From the NCBI GenBank assembly GCA_016748015.1, contig JAAOMT010000134.1:68757-132756 (forward strand): 64,000 bases of DNA, in the 5' to 3' direction. Shown here one piece after another: positions 28,101 through 41,400 of this stretch. Numbering within the stretch: position 1 is the stretch's first letter; each line of letters starts with the position of its first letter. The notes beneath the pieces were generated by a model. It saw only the letters and a program-made list of their open reading frames with translations, was not told the DNA's origin and searched no databases. Origin of the DNA: Geosiphon pyriformis uo1 (lineage: Eukaryota; Fungi; Glomeromycota). The translations under genes and the position numbers were made by a program.

Positions 28101-30737
28101 GCCATGATTTTAATTAATGGAGGAACCAAAGAAGATGTCTTTAAAATGAAAAAAGCTGAATATATTGAATATATCTTAGAATTAGCTGGTTTCAATTATG
28201 AAGATGAAGTAGAAATGTACCATTAAATTGCAAGTCACACCTACCTGACCAAAGAAGCTCAAGCTCAATGGCTAGAACAAATAAACATTAAATTATGTGA
28301 GAAATGCATAATGTCTTGTAATGAACAATAGTGTCCTGAATGTTATGCCCTTAGCATTCCATTACCCAGCAAAAGTGACGAATATGAAATCGAATTTAGT
28401 AAACCTAAAGCAATAAAAAAAATTGAAATGACACCCATCTATCTTATCAAAAGTCAGCCTGCTTTACAGCTTAAATACTTCAACAACAGCGGACAAGGAA
28501 TAAAGCCTGAAAAAGCACATGAAATTGATGCTGAATATGATCTACAATATTCAGGAAAAGACACTTTGGTTCTTTAACCAAATTTCCTTACCAAAATCAA
28601 CCTCAAAATTGCTCTCGAAATCTTACCAGGAGCAATGATCCAAATCGCTTCATAATCATCATTGGCAAGTAAAGGAATCAATGTTAGAGGAAGAATCATA
28701 GATGCTAGATATACAGGAGACATTACAATCATGTTACAAAATGAAACCAATAAATCTTTTCAGATTAAACATGATGAAAAAATTGCTCAAGCTATTTATT
28801 TACTCTTAATCAACATTTCAGGTTTACAATTAGTCAGTCAAAGAGAACAATTGGGAAAAAGTGAAAGAGAAACCAACAGTTTTGGTTCAACTGGATGATT
28901 CACAGTTCTAGTAAACATAGCTCTTAATAAACAAAGTGAATCTCACCAGATTCTATGACTTCCACAACCAATTACAATTTCACTCTTTGGAGAACATCTG
29001 GAAATCTACATCTGCTCAAAGTCAACAATCACACAACAAATTTTTGAATCCAACAAACAAGTCTGCTTGAAACATAATATGTCAATCCCAAACATTTATA
29101 TTCCAGAAGGAACAAAAAAAGTCCAAGTTACTTTTTACAATCCCAATAATTATCCCATAGTTTTATTAAATAACTTAGAAATTAGAGTCATTCACAGTAA
29201 CATTTTTTAACAAAAACTACCCCAAACAGTTCCCAATTTCTCGGAAATCATTGGACATTCACTACCAAAAATCAACCCAAATCCCAGCTCTGAAAACTAC
29301 TATGTTGTCATAAAAAAACTATCTCGAATCAACATGGGACAACTTGAACCACAACAACAAAAACAGCTCAAAGAGCTAATTGTAGAATTTGCCGATATCT
29401 TTGCTGAAAACAACAATGACTTAAGAAGAATCGATTTGGTTCAACACCAAATCTATACAGAAGATGCCAAACCAAGGTAACAACAAGCCTACCAAGTTGC
29501 TCCAAAAAGTCACCAATTTATCCAAGAAAAAGTACAACGGATGCTTAACAATGGACTTATTCAATCATCAATGAGTCCATAAGCCTCACCTGTGGTTCTA
29601 GTTAAAAAAAAAAATAGAAAAATCCAATTTTGTGTTGATTATCGACAACTCAACAGTGTCACCATTGGAGATGCCTACCCTCTTCCCCAAATTGATGACA
29701 TGTTGGATGCCCTTGGAAAGTCCAAATACTTTTCAACATTAGATTTAGAGAGCGAATACTGGCAAGTTGCTATGGACCCCAAAGATTGTCCCAAGACAGC
29801 TTTTACTACCCAAAAAGGAAATTACAAGTTTAATATAATGCCCTTTGGACTGTGCAATGCACCAGCAACATTCCAAAGACTCATAGATGTTGTTTACAAA
29901 GGCCTCCTTTGGAAGTCAGTAGTCATTTACTTTGACGATACTGATGTTTATTCTCTATCATTTGAATTACACTTAAAACACCTGCGAGAAGTTTTTCAAC
30001 AATTACAAAAAGCAGGACTGAAACTTAACATCAAAAAATGCTACTTTGAAAAAACAAGCTTGGCCTTCCTTGGTCATATTGTTAGTAAAAATAGAATCAA
30101 ACTAGACCCTGGAAAAATCAGCACTGTCAAAAACTTCAAAACTTCTCGAAACACTACAGAACTAAGAAGATTCATAGAGTTAGCCTCTTACTATCAGAAG
30201 TTTATCAAAGAATTCTCAGAAATCACAAAACCTCTCAACCAGCTTACCACTAAAAACATCAAATACAAATGAACTGCTGAACACCAAAATGCATTTGAAA
30301 TCCTCAAAGAAAAACTAATAACAGCTCCAATTTTTGCCTACTCAAATTTCAGCAATCAATTCCAGTTAGCAACAGATGCCTTTTATACTGCTTTTGGTGC
30401 CATCCTATCACAGTTAGATGACAATAGAAATGAGCAAGTAATTGCTTATGCAAGTAGAACATTAAAACCAGCAAAGAAAAACTACCCAGCAACAGAATTA
30501 GAGACCACAGCAGTAATCTGGGCTCTACATCACTTTAATCTTTACCTCAGACCCAAAGAATTTGATATTATCACTGATAATATTGAACTCAAATGGCTTC
30601 AGAACAAAAACATGTAGCTGAACACAAAACAAACCCAATGGACAAGATTTTTAGCAAACTACCAATATATAGTACATTACAAACACGAAAAACTCTACAC
30701 CAATGTTGACTGTCTCTCTAGAATAAGACAAGATTAG
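25143..30737 (+). pseudogene. gag-pol: gag-pol of B in one frame (extension, capsid, CCHC, PR, Cys-rich, dUTPase, RT, RH)
   Basis: Track ORFs 25098, 25995, 26952, 27900, 28662 and 29592 share one frame; CHYCGIPGH*KHDC, LILDSGSAGS, GRIIDARYTG, SFGSTG, YFDD, ATDA. Confidence 0.92.
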
Positions 30738-30786
30738 AAAACACAAACCAACACTCAACTTAACTAACCAAAACAGTCAACAAACA

Positions 30787-32172
30787 ATGAATTTGGAAAA
30801 CTACAACAATCTCAAACAATATTTGGAAACATTAACAATCCCAACAGATTGGTTTTCAGATAAAAAACATTGACTACAACAACAAGCCAAACAATATTTT
30901 CTACACAACAACATTATTTATTATCGAAACTTCAAAAATTCAGACAAACTACTCAAATTAATACAAGAACATGAAAAAGAGACTATATTATACAACATGC
31001 ACTCAGATTCTTCATCAGCACACTTTGGAAAAGACAGCACCACTCAAAGAACACTAGAATACTATTTTTGGTCCCGAATAAGAAGAGACATACATCAATA
31101 TGTTGAATTTTGTGATAGTTGTCAAAGAAAAGAAGGAACACGCCCTACTAAACCTTTAAACCCAATCAAAGTTGGACAACCTTTTGACCAAGTTGGTATC
31201 AATTTAGTCAGACCACTACCTATTACCACTCAAGGAAATCAATACATAGCAGTAGCAATAAATTATTTTACCAAATGGCCCAAAGCCAGAGCTATTCAAC
31301 AAGCAGATGCAAAATCAGTAGCAAATTTCATCTATGAAGACATTATTTGTAGACATGGATGCCCAATTGAATTTTTATCCGATCAGAGAACACATTTTGT
31401 GAACAACCTGATACAAAAAATTTGTAAACAATTTAATATCAAAAGATCTTTATCTTTGCCCTATTATCCATAGACAAATAGATTAGTGAAACGTTTCAAC
31501 AGAACAGTGTGTAAATTACTAGCCAAAGTCTCAACAGATTTTGAGCAGAAATGGGATATCTTTATTTCATCAGTGTTACTAGCATATAAAACACTAAAAC
31601 AAAATACAATGAAACACACACTATTTGACCTTACTTATGGAAGAACAGCAATGTTACCCATTAGCTTCACAGTAAAAACATATCCAGTCCAACCAATTAC
31701 CAAAAACAACTTCCAAAAAACATTACAAAAAAGAGCTTATACACTTTTTAACACACTAGAAGAAAAACAACAAATAGCAGCAACTCACATAGAACACTCA
31801 CAAATTCAACAAAAAGAGAGGCATGACAACAAGCTGCCACCAGTTACCAATGAATTTAAAGTTGGAAATAAAGTTCTTTTACACTAGACTAAGGCTGAAA
31901 AACAATGGAGTAGAAAATTTGAACATAAATGAAATGGACTATTCTTTGTTTATGAAATCTTAGAAAATGGATCATACAAGTTAAAACTCAATGGAAAAAT
32001 ATTATCAAAAGTTGCACATGGAGATTGATTGAAATATTATCACTCCAGAACACATTCTGAATCATTAATTCCACAAATTGGTACACATTTTCTTTTAATT
32101 AACTCCAAAGATATTCCCAGAAATTTAGAACCAATAGTTATTATTGAACAATCTCCCAACTTGAACACTTAA
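30787..32172 (+). pseudogene. Integrase of B, separate ORF
   Basis: ATG 30787; HSD..AHFG..CDSCQ; DDE-region motifs; 462 codons. Confidence 0.9.
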
Positions 32173-32322
32173 TTTAAATTTACTATAGTTATTCCCTTAT
32201 AAATTAAAAATAATTTCACAAAAACAAAACAAACAAAATACACTGAAAGACAAAAATAACATAAAAACCCACATATCAAAAATAATTTCAATCTATTTTT
32301 TTTTTTTACTCAAATTTTTATA

Positions 32323-33000
32323 ATGACTATCCCTCAAAATATTCAACAAATATCTCAAAAATTAATGCTAGCTTTAAAAACAATACCCAAATTAACTATC
32401 ACTATTACAAGAAAACATATTAATTATACCCAAACAGAAATAGTTGCCAATTTAATCCCAAATTCACGAAATTATCACTCCTACAAAAAGAACACAAGAA
32501 GTTATTCTGGAATTCATCTACCAGAACTTTTAAAGCTTGCTTTAAGAGAAAATTTAATGTTCACTCCTATTAATATTCCACCAAATGCTACTATTCAACA
32601 AAAACTTCAACTGTGTCTTAATGAAGAAAACCATGACTATACTCCAATATATAGATATTTCTACATTGGAAAAACACTTCACGAATGAAAACAGAAGCTT
32701 ACAGCAGCAAACCTCACAAAAGAAACTATTCAGAAACAACTTCACAATGAATTCAAAACAACAGCTGGACCTACAAACAGTCGCTATAAACTAAAAGCTG
32801 CTCTTAGACTTTATAACCTATTTCACACCTGTAAAAACGTTCTACAAAACCCAATTTTACAACCTTTGAAGATTCAATACATTGGAAAGCTCACAGAACT
32901 GAAATTTCAACAATTTTCAGACCAAATTTCTTTAATAATTTTAGATTATTATCTGGAAATTACAGACAGTACTTGGACTTTGATGGAGCTTAGTCTTGAG
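32323..33000 (+). pseudogene. ORF3 of B (MTIPQNIQ...), distant homologue of the A-family ORF3
   Basis: One internal TGA; shares YFYIG, ALRLYNLF and IGKLT..F patterns; the 3' end is uncertain. Confidence 0.65.
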
Positions 33001-33010
33001 AAGAAAATTA

Positions 33011-33984
33011 TGTTACCAGACAAAATTAGAGATATTATTTAGCATAAAATTACCCTTATAATTCCTATCATTAATTAGTATATATTATTGTTTCAAATTA
33101 TTACATATTATATTAGCAAAATATCTGAAATTATCATTTAATTAATAACCCAATTTGTACAAAAACACAAATGTGACTTAATTATGATGATTAATCATGC
33201 AATACCCCGAACTATGTAACATTCAAAAAGTTTGCTAAAATTTGTAGAAATTTGCTGAAATAATTGATAGTTTACTGAAATATTTAATAGTTCACAGAAA
33301 TAACTTGTAGTTTGCCAAAATGTATTTTTAGTTTAGTGAAATTGTAGAAAATAGCAAAATTCAAGTTCATAAAATAATGTTATGACAAGTTGTATAAAAG
33401 AAAAGCTTTTCTTTTCGAGAAAATATATCTTACTTCAGATTTAACAATTAAAATTATCCTTTACACACAAAGAGAAAATAAATATCAAATAATTTGAAAA
33501 ACCAAATTCTTAATTATTTCCCTTGAAATTAACCAATTCCTACTAACAGTTTGAAATTGACTAGCTACCAATTTCAGTAAACTGTTAAAGCACTTCCAGG
33601 CCTGGATCCAAAATGACTTCCATAAATCAGTTTTTTTTACTTTTATTTTATTTTTTTTTTCTTTTCTTATTACAATTATTAGGGTAGCCTACAGACAAGA
33701 TTCCTGTAGAAGAGTTAACTTTTACAGCAAAGTAACTACACAATTTTAGTGAGCTTCCAGACAAGCAATTCCTGAAAAAAAGTTGACATTTACTACAATG
33801 TAACTACACAAGTAACTGGCAAGGAATTGGCCATTCCACTCATAAGCCCAGCAGTTCAAATTATAGGAGATAATTTGAAGATAAATTCAGTTACTGGAGG
33901 TTCAACCACATCCAGAAAACGTGAATTCACAGCAATCAGACATCAACAACATTTAGGAAAAGAGACCAAAAACTTTTGGTAACA
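33011..33984 (+). repeat. 3' LTR of B
   Basis: TGTTACC...GGTAACA after purine-rich GAGAAGAAAA. Confidence 0.96.
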
Positions 33985-35258
33985 CTAGAGATACAATGCC
34001 AATTAAGCAAAGAGCATACAGAGTACTACCAGCTAGTTATGAGATTATTTGTCAAGAAATCAATCGGATGCTTGACAATGGGCTAATTCAGCCATCAATG
34101 AGTCTATGGTTGTTACCAATAATACTAATCCAAAAGAAAAATGGAAAAATCCACTTTTGTGTAGATTACTGAAAACTGAATGGAGTTATCAAAAGAGACA
34201 GCTATCCAACTCCAAAGATTCAAGAACTATTTGACACTTTTGGAAGAAATAAATAGTTCTTAACACTAGATTTAGATAGTGGTTACTGGCAAGTAGCCAT
34301 GGATCCAGCCAACAAAGAGAAAACAGCATTTACCACAAGAGAAGGAAATTATGAGTTTGAAGTCATGCCATTTGGCTTGATAAATGTCTCAATAATATTC
34401 CAATGGCTCATGGAAATTGTTTATACTAGATTATTGTAAAAATCAGTAGTTGTTTACTTAGATAACACAAATGTGTTCTCAAAAACATTTGATGATCATA
34501 TGCACTATCTCTAACAAGTATTTGAAAGACTTAGACAAGCAGGATTGAAATTAAATACCAACAAATGCTTCTTTGGAAAAACAGAACTAAAATTCTTGGA
34601 ACATATTGTGAGTAAAGATAGCATCAAAACAGATTCAGACAAAATTAAAGCTGTCAAGAACTTTCTAGTACCAAACAATTTCACAGAGCTAAAAGCATTT
34701 TTGGGATTTGCAGGATATTATTGCTGCTTTATCAAAGACTTTTCTAAACTGGCCCAGCCACTCCATCATTTACAAACTAAGAATGTAAAGTATGAATGGA
34801 CAAAAGCTCAACAAAAAGCATTTGACACACTAGGAAGAAAGCTTATTTAAGCTTTAGTGTTGATATATCCAGATTACAACAAACCATTTATTATCACCAC
34901 CAATGCATTAGGCCAGGCATTGGGAGCAGTACTATTACAGAAAAAACCAGATAGAAGAAAACATCCAATAGCTTATGCCAGTAGAAGCTTAAGTTCAGCT
35001 GAAAAGAACTATAAAACACCAGCATTAGAACACTTAGCAATTTATTAGGCAGTCATGAAATAGAAAGAATATTTGAGTCAGAAATTTGATGTATACACTG
35101 ATCACAAAGGATTGACTTCAATCCAGAAACAAGAATTTGGAGACAATTGCCATATTAGATAGAAAATAGAACTTTCACTATTTAATTATATAATACATTA
35201 TAAAAAGGGAAAAGACAATGAAAATGCTAACGGTCTGTCGAGAATGAGACAAATCTAA
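33985..35258 (+). pseudogene. pol: pol of C, 3' part (RT, RNase H)
   Basis: Continues from 24122; ends NGLSRMRQI* (35256-35258). Confidence 0.9.
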
Positions 35259-35288
35259 AAACATTTTAAACCAAAAATATAACAAAAG

Positions 35289-36671
35289 ATAAATATACAA
35301 AAATACCAACAACTTCAACATTATATAAATACCCAATTGTTCAAGGAAAAATTATCTTAAAAAAAGCAAAGGAACATAAAACAACAATTAAAATACTTTA
35401 TCAACCATTAAAATATATTTTACCAGAAGAACAGAAAAAATTCAGACCAATCAACCAGAGTAATCACAGAACCAGAGAAAGAAACAATATTATTCAACAT
35501 GTACTCAGATCTAACAGCAGGACATTTTCATAAAGAAACAACTATAAAGAGAACCAAAAAAAGATATTATTGGCCATCAATGTATCTAGACATCATCCAA
35601 TATGTTTAAAGTTGTGATGCTTGTCAAAGAAAAGGTGGAACAAAACCCAGTGAACTATTGAGACCAATTAAAATGGGACAACCATTTGACCATATTGGAA
35701 TCAACTTAGTCAGACCATTAACAATCACCAGCAGAGGCAACAGATATATTGCAGTAGCCATGGACTATCTCACTAAATGGCCAAAAGCAAAAGCCATTCA
35801 AAGAGCAGATGCAGAATTTGTTGCTAAATTTATTTATCAAGATCTGATCTGTCAACATAGATGTCCAAAAAAATTATTATCAGATCAAAGAACTCACTTT
35901 GTGAATAGAACATTAGCAGAATTAAGCCAAAGATTTGGAATAAAAAAACCACTATCATTATCATACAATCCACAAACAAATAGGTTAGTTGAAAAGTTCA
36001 ACAGAATACTGTGTAAACAATAGCCAAAATTAGCTAAAAAAACCAGGACAAATGGGATTTGTTTATACCATCAGTATTATTTGCTTATCAGATAATGAAA
36101 CAAAGATACCACACAAGCAACACCATTTGAATTGGTATATAGTAGAACAGCAACATTACCAGTTGAAATAGAGGTCAATATATATTCAACTAAACCAATA
36201 ACAGAAGATAATTTCTAAAAAACACTGTTGAAAAGAACATATGACTTAATAGAAACACTAGAAAACAGATAATGAAAAGCAGCTGATAACATTCAAAAGT
36301 CACAAGAAAAACAAAAAGAACGACACAATAACCAACTACCAGATAAACCAGTTGAATTCAAGATTGGAGACAAAGTACTATTACATCATACTAAAGCAAA
36401 AAAACAATAGAATGGAAAATTTGACCCCAAATGGGATAGACCATTTCACATAGAAGAAATTCTAGAAAATAGAGCTTATAAATTAAGATAGAACAACAAA
36501 ATTTTAGCCAAAGCAGCACATGGTGATCAACTGAAACCATATCACCAGATAGCATCATCATTTACCAATAATATTTCACAACTGGGAGTACAAAAAATAC
36601 TAGTTCAACCAGATGAAATTCCATGAGATTTGAAACCAATCATAGCTATTGAACCAAACACATCAAATTGA
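35289..36671 (+). pseudogene. Integrase of C (ATG decayed to ATA)
   Basis: Colinear with the A, D and F integrases. Confidence 0.88.
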
Positions 36672-36725
36672 ACAACCAAAAAGTATATTAAGACACAGTA
36701 TACATAACAAAAACAACCAAGAAAA

Positions 36726-37361
36726 ATGGAAATACCAGATTATATTTACACTATAGTCCAACAATTGTTCCAGGCCTTAAGTCAACAACAATTAAACATG
36801 GAAATTGTTATTAATAACCAAATAATTTGCTATTGAAACACCCAAAGAAAAACAAAGAATACACCATATCAGCAGCCACCAAAGAATGATAAAAATTGGA
36901 CAAATAACTTAATAGAAAAAGTAAAGAACATTTTTGGGAAAATACTTATTATGGCACCAACAGAAGAGCTTACAAAAGAAAATTGGAAGCAATAGACAGA
37001 ACAACTTCCAATATCATATTGCTACTACCAGTTAGGTCAAAAGTTGAATATTCAGAAGTTATATATCGACAAATCCAAAAAAATATTCAACCAAAACATA
37101 ATACAGCAAATTGAAGAATTTATCAGAAAGAAAACAAATTTAACATTACATGTTAAAACAATATACTGACTACACAACATATTTTAGAACTATCCAGAAA
37201 TACTGTTACACTCTGACATGGAAACCATAACCATTAACCAATAGAAAAGAATGAACAATACACAAGTAAAAAATGTAAAAAACAGAGTCAAACAAATAAT
37301 ACTTAAAAAAGAAGTGTTGGAATTAATTCAAAACAAAGATTTTAACAGAGCTCAATATTAA
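36726..37361 (+). pseudogene. ORF3 of C (MEIPDYIY...DFNRAQY*)
   Basis: 636 nt, same length as in F. Confidence 0.75.
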
Positions 37362-37374
37362 AAAGAGGAGATAA

Positions 37375-37442
37375 TGTTACTCATAAAAAGAAAACAGATA
37401 TAGAAAAATAGTAGGCCAATAAAAAAGTAGTAATTAGCACAT
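37375..37442 (+). repeat. First 68 bp of the 3' LTR of C
   Basis: Matches 18308 onward; resumes at 47675 after D. Confidence 0.9.
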
Positions 37443-38363
37443 TGTTACTCATAAAAATATAAGAAATATATTAGCATAATTATTAGCCAATCAGAAGTAA
37501 GCATAGTAAATGTGGAATTCCAGGATTCCTCTTAGGAATTGCAGAATTCCAGGAATTTCAGGATTCCCAACGAGGAATTGCAGGATTCCAGAATTTCAGG
37601 ATTCCCAACGAGGAATTGCAGGATTCCAGAATTCCAAGATTCCTCTCAAAAAAATCGCAGGATTCCAGGAATTTCAGGATTCCTGTCATGAAGAATCGAG
37701 GAATTGAGGAATCTCAATTATGTATATATAATAGTAGTGTTAGAAACAGAAAAGACAGAATTGATACCACAGAATCCTTAACCTAGAAACACAATCATCA
37801 AATAAATAATTATTTCATATCTAAAATCCACTCCCTACTATCAACCTTTCATGTTGATAATAATTGATACTTAACCATACTGGAACAATAGCTCTTGATC
37901 ATGGCTATTGACAGAATACTAATCTGCAAATCGCCTTGGCTTATTTCTTTGCTTTCTTTATTTTTCTTTTATTTCTTTTTCTTTATTTTATTTTGATTTG
38001 TTGTTAAATACTAATTGATAAAAGATTAAGTGCTGAGTTATTGACGTCAAGGATAGCCTGGTAAAAGACCCAGAAATATGGGTAGGATTTTATATATTAT
38101 TGGATAGCTTACCAGAAAGGCACAACTGCCAGACTAAATTCGGCCACCACGCTGAGAAAGAAATTGAGAAAACTCTTGGAAAATATATCTACTATCAATA
38201 CTATTGAATCTCTGTCCATTATACAAAGAACTTAACCAAAACCTTCAGATTCATTAAAACCTTCAGATACAGCACCTTCAAAACAGCCTCAACGGAAATA
38301 GCTTTTGAGCACCAAGTTATGGGTTTGTTATTAATTCAACAGCAGAAATATTCACCTGTAACA
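37443..38363 (+). repeat. 5' LTR of D (921 bp)
   Basis: TGTTAC...GTAACA; TATA at ~37723. Confidence 0.95.
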
Positions 38364-38365
38364 TT

Positions 38366-38382
38366 TGGTGCTCCCTGTGAGG
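38366..38382 (+). promoter_or_regulatory. Primer binding site TGGTGCTCCCTGTGAGG (also 19095, 53684 and 17830 on minus)
   Basis: Lies 2 nt after the LTR and starts with TGG, complementary to tRNA CCA. Confidence 0.9.
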
Positions 38383-38425
38383 TATAATCCTACAGAGAAC
38401 CAGCACTGACAACACCAAACCAAAA

Positions 38426-41400
38426 GTGGCAGAATCAGAAATTATAGGAACAAACCATTTAGGATTCGCAAAATCCTTATTTCAATACTATTGTCAATAC
38501 TTGGGATTAAACCACAATCATATATGTGCCGAATCAGCTTTCAATTTCTATGTCAACAAAAAAATTTCTTCTTTATTAGGAACACCAGTGAATACTGAAT
38601 CAGCAAAAGAAACTTTCTATAAAGAATTAATTCAAAACACCAACCTACCAACAAATCATAATTTTGCATCCATCATCACGGAAATCAACAAAGAAATTGA
38701 ACACCACACTTAACAAAGATATCTAATTACATACACTAGTAAAGGCAAGGAAAAATTACAAACACCAGCAGTAACACCCAGAAAAATACAGCCACCTGCT
38801 TGGAAGAAAAACAGAGTTGAATCCCCAAGCAACCCATCCTACCACTATACACTTGGAAGTGCCATTAACATATCATCAACAGATGCATTCTCATCAACTG
38901 CGACATCAGCATTTGGATGATTCCCATTCCAAAGTAGACAAAGGAAAACAGAATTGTTAGAACCATATGGCAAATACTTTGAGGGATTTAATTCGTGATC
39001 ATCAATCCCATCAGGACTTTGATCACCACCACCTCCACCAGATTTTGGAATCTCTGATCCGTGGGAAGCAGTGGAATCAGAAAAGGAGGAAGAAGAATCA
39101 GAGGATCAAGAATTCACTTACCAGCATCCGATTACTGAAAACCCAGAAGTTGAAACCCCAAACCTTTAAACTCAGCAACTGTTAGAAAATCCGGAAATCG
39201 AAACTCTGAATATTTGAATGCTGCCAAATCAAAGAAATCAAAAACCCGAATTAATTAATCAGCAAAACTTACCTCCAGTAATTGTCATCAATCAACCACC
39301 AATTAATTCCATAGCCGAACCCATACAGCAGCCACTTCAGCTACCACTCCAACAGCCAGGACAACAACAACTGCTTCAACAGCCACCACAACCACCTAAC
39401 TTAAATCCAATGGCCTATGCACCAATTGCAAAACTTGACAACTTTATGGGTGAAGAGGATGACACTCAAATATGGCTGAATGATGTAGAAAAGACCATCG
39501 CAGCCAACGGATGGAATGATGCTCGAGCCATGCAAGCCATTCCCTACTTTCTCAAGGATACTGCCAATTCATGGTATCAAAGCTTAGTTAATAAACCACA
39601 AGATTTCAATGTCTTTAAAGTGGAATTCTTAAGATACTTCAGCAACAACAATAGCATCAATCACCTAATTAATACATTCACCACCATGAAACAAGGAGAA
39701 ACTGAAGCAGTTACTACTTACCTGGGACACTTCCATTGAAACTTGCACCAAATTCAAGCAATTGATGATGACTATTTTACAGCACCACAGATACTCAACC
39801 AGTTTATCCATGGCCTACACAGCAGCATCTTGCAACATATACGTCCGTTGCATCCTGGCATGCTTTAAGATGCAGTCACACACGCCAGAGATTTTGAATC
39901 TGCTGAGTCAGAAGCTAACTATGCCCAAGTCATTAATCTAATAATGAACAGATCATCTGAATTGGATTCTAAATTGGAGAAGTTTAGTGAATTAATCAAT
40001 AAGAGATTGGAAGGATACTTAGCTGACAATCACGTCATCTATCAGCCTCCACAACAACGCAATAACCAAGGACATCTTAATTGTGGCCAAAATCAACTGC
40101 GTCCATCTTCATCAACCAATCAACAGTGGCAACAGGAAACGCATATCTGCCACTATTGTGGTAACCAAGAACATATCCAAATTAACTGTTGCCAGCGTTT
40201 AAATAACCAATAATCGGGAAATCAATATCGAAACCCCAATTGCTGGTTCCAAACTCCAAATCATTATCCAAATCAAAGTCAAGACCAATATCAGAATAAT
40301 TACCTGCCAATGACGCAGCAACCAATCTATCAACTGCCAGTATATCAACCTCCGATTTATCAGCCGCAACCACCAGTAATATATCAACCACAGCCACAAA
40401 TAATCTATCAACCCCAACAGATCCAAACACCACCCCAAAGCTTACCACCCAATGGAACTCAAAGACCGAGAATGACTCAACAGAGCTGGAGATCAGCAAT
40501 GGTAGTCCATCAACTGATCCCCAGTTCTTCACAGCAACTATCTGGATTATGCCAGTGGAATTCGGGTACTGGTCAACCCCAGAATCTGAATTCCCAGAAC
40601 TATTTAAGTCTCTTGGTTACTCCAGAAGATGCTTCAACCAATAACCCAGCATTTACCCAAAAACAACCACTCACCAGTAATATCCCACCTGCTACCATCA
40701 CCGAGGACGAGTTATTGGTCACTATCTTCCTATTCGAATTTGAAGAAACAGCTGCAATGTCATTATTTAGTGGAGCCGCTTTTGAAGCCAAACCAATCAC
40801 CACGATGTACACTGACACCAAAGTAGAAAGACAATCCATTAAATTAATCCTGGACAGCAGTTCTGCAAGCAGCATAATTACAAAACAACTCATGGATCAA
40901 TTAGGTTGTCAAGTTGATTGAGCTGCCAGCGCCAGAATTATTACAGCCGATGGAGCAACCAAAACTCCAATCAGCGAAATTGATAACTTTCCTTTTGAAG
41001 TCAATGGCATTGTGACTCCCATTAAAGTTCTAGTGATGGAAACCACTCAATACCAAGCTCTTGTTGGTAATGACTGGCTATCCAAAGTCAATGCCACGTT
41101 AGACTGGAACACCCAGGAACTCCAGCTAACATATCAAGGCCAACATATACGTGTCCCGGCCATGTGTGGCCACTTCAAAAAGCCTCCAAGAAAGAAACTA
41201 TTGATCAAACTGGAGGAGGAGAAAGAAAAGCCTACCTGGGAAGCCTACCAAGTATCATGGGCTGACGAAGAGCACAATGAGCTGCCACCAATACTCTCCT
41301 GGGACGACAACAACAAGAAAAAAGGGAAACAAAAGGAAGAACTTACCTGGGATACCGATGATCTGACATGAACTGACAATGACGAGAGCGAACCGACTTC

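Larger units (their letters stand above)
24123..33984 (+). mobile_element. Element B: complete Ty3/Gypsy element of a divergent family (9862 bp)
   Basis: Two 974-bp LTRs; TSD CTGG/CTAG; removal restores host KTGDTMP; all domains present. Confidence 0.96.

Noticed and set aside
38031-38160. Hammerhead, hairpin or twister ribozyme in the LTR
   Set aside because: The catalytic core consensus (e.g. CUGANGA...GAAA) was not found by eye.
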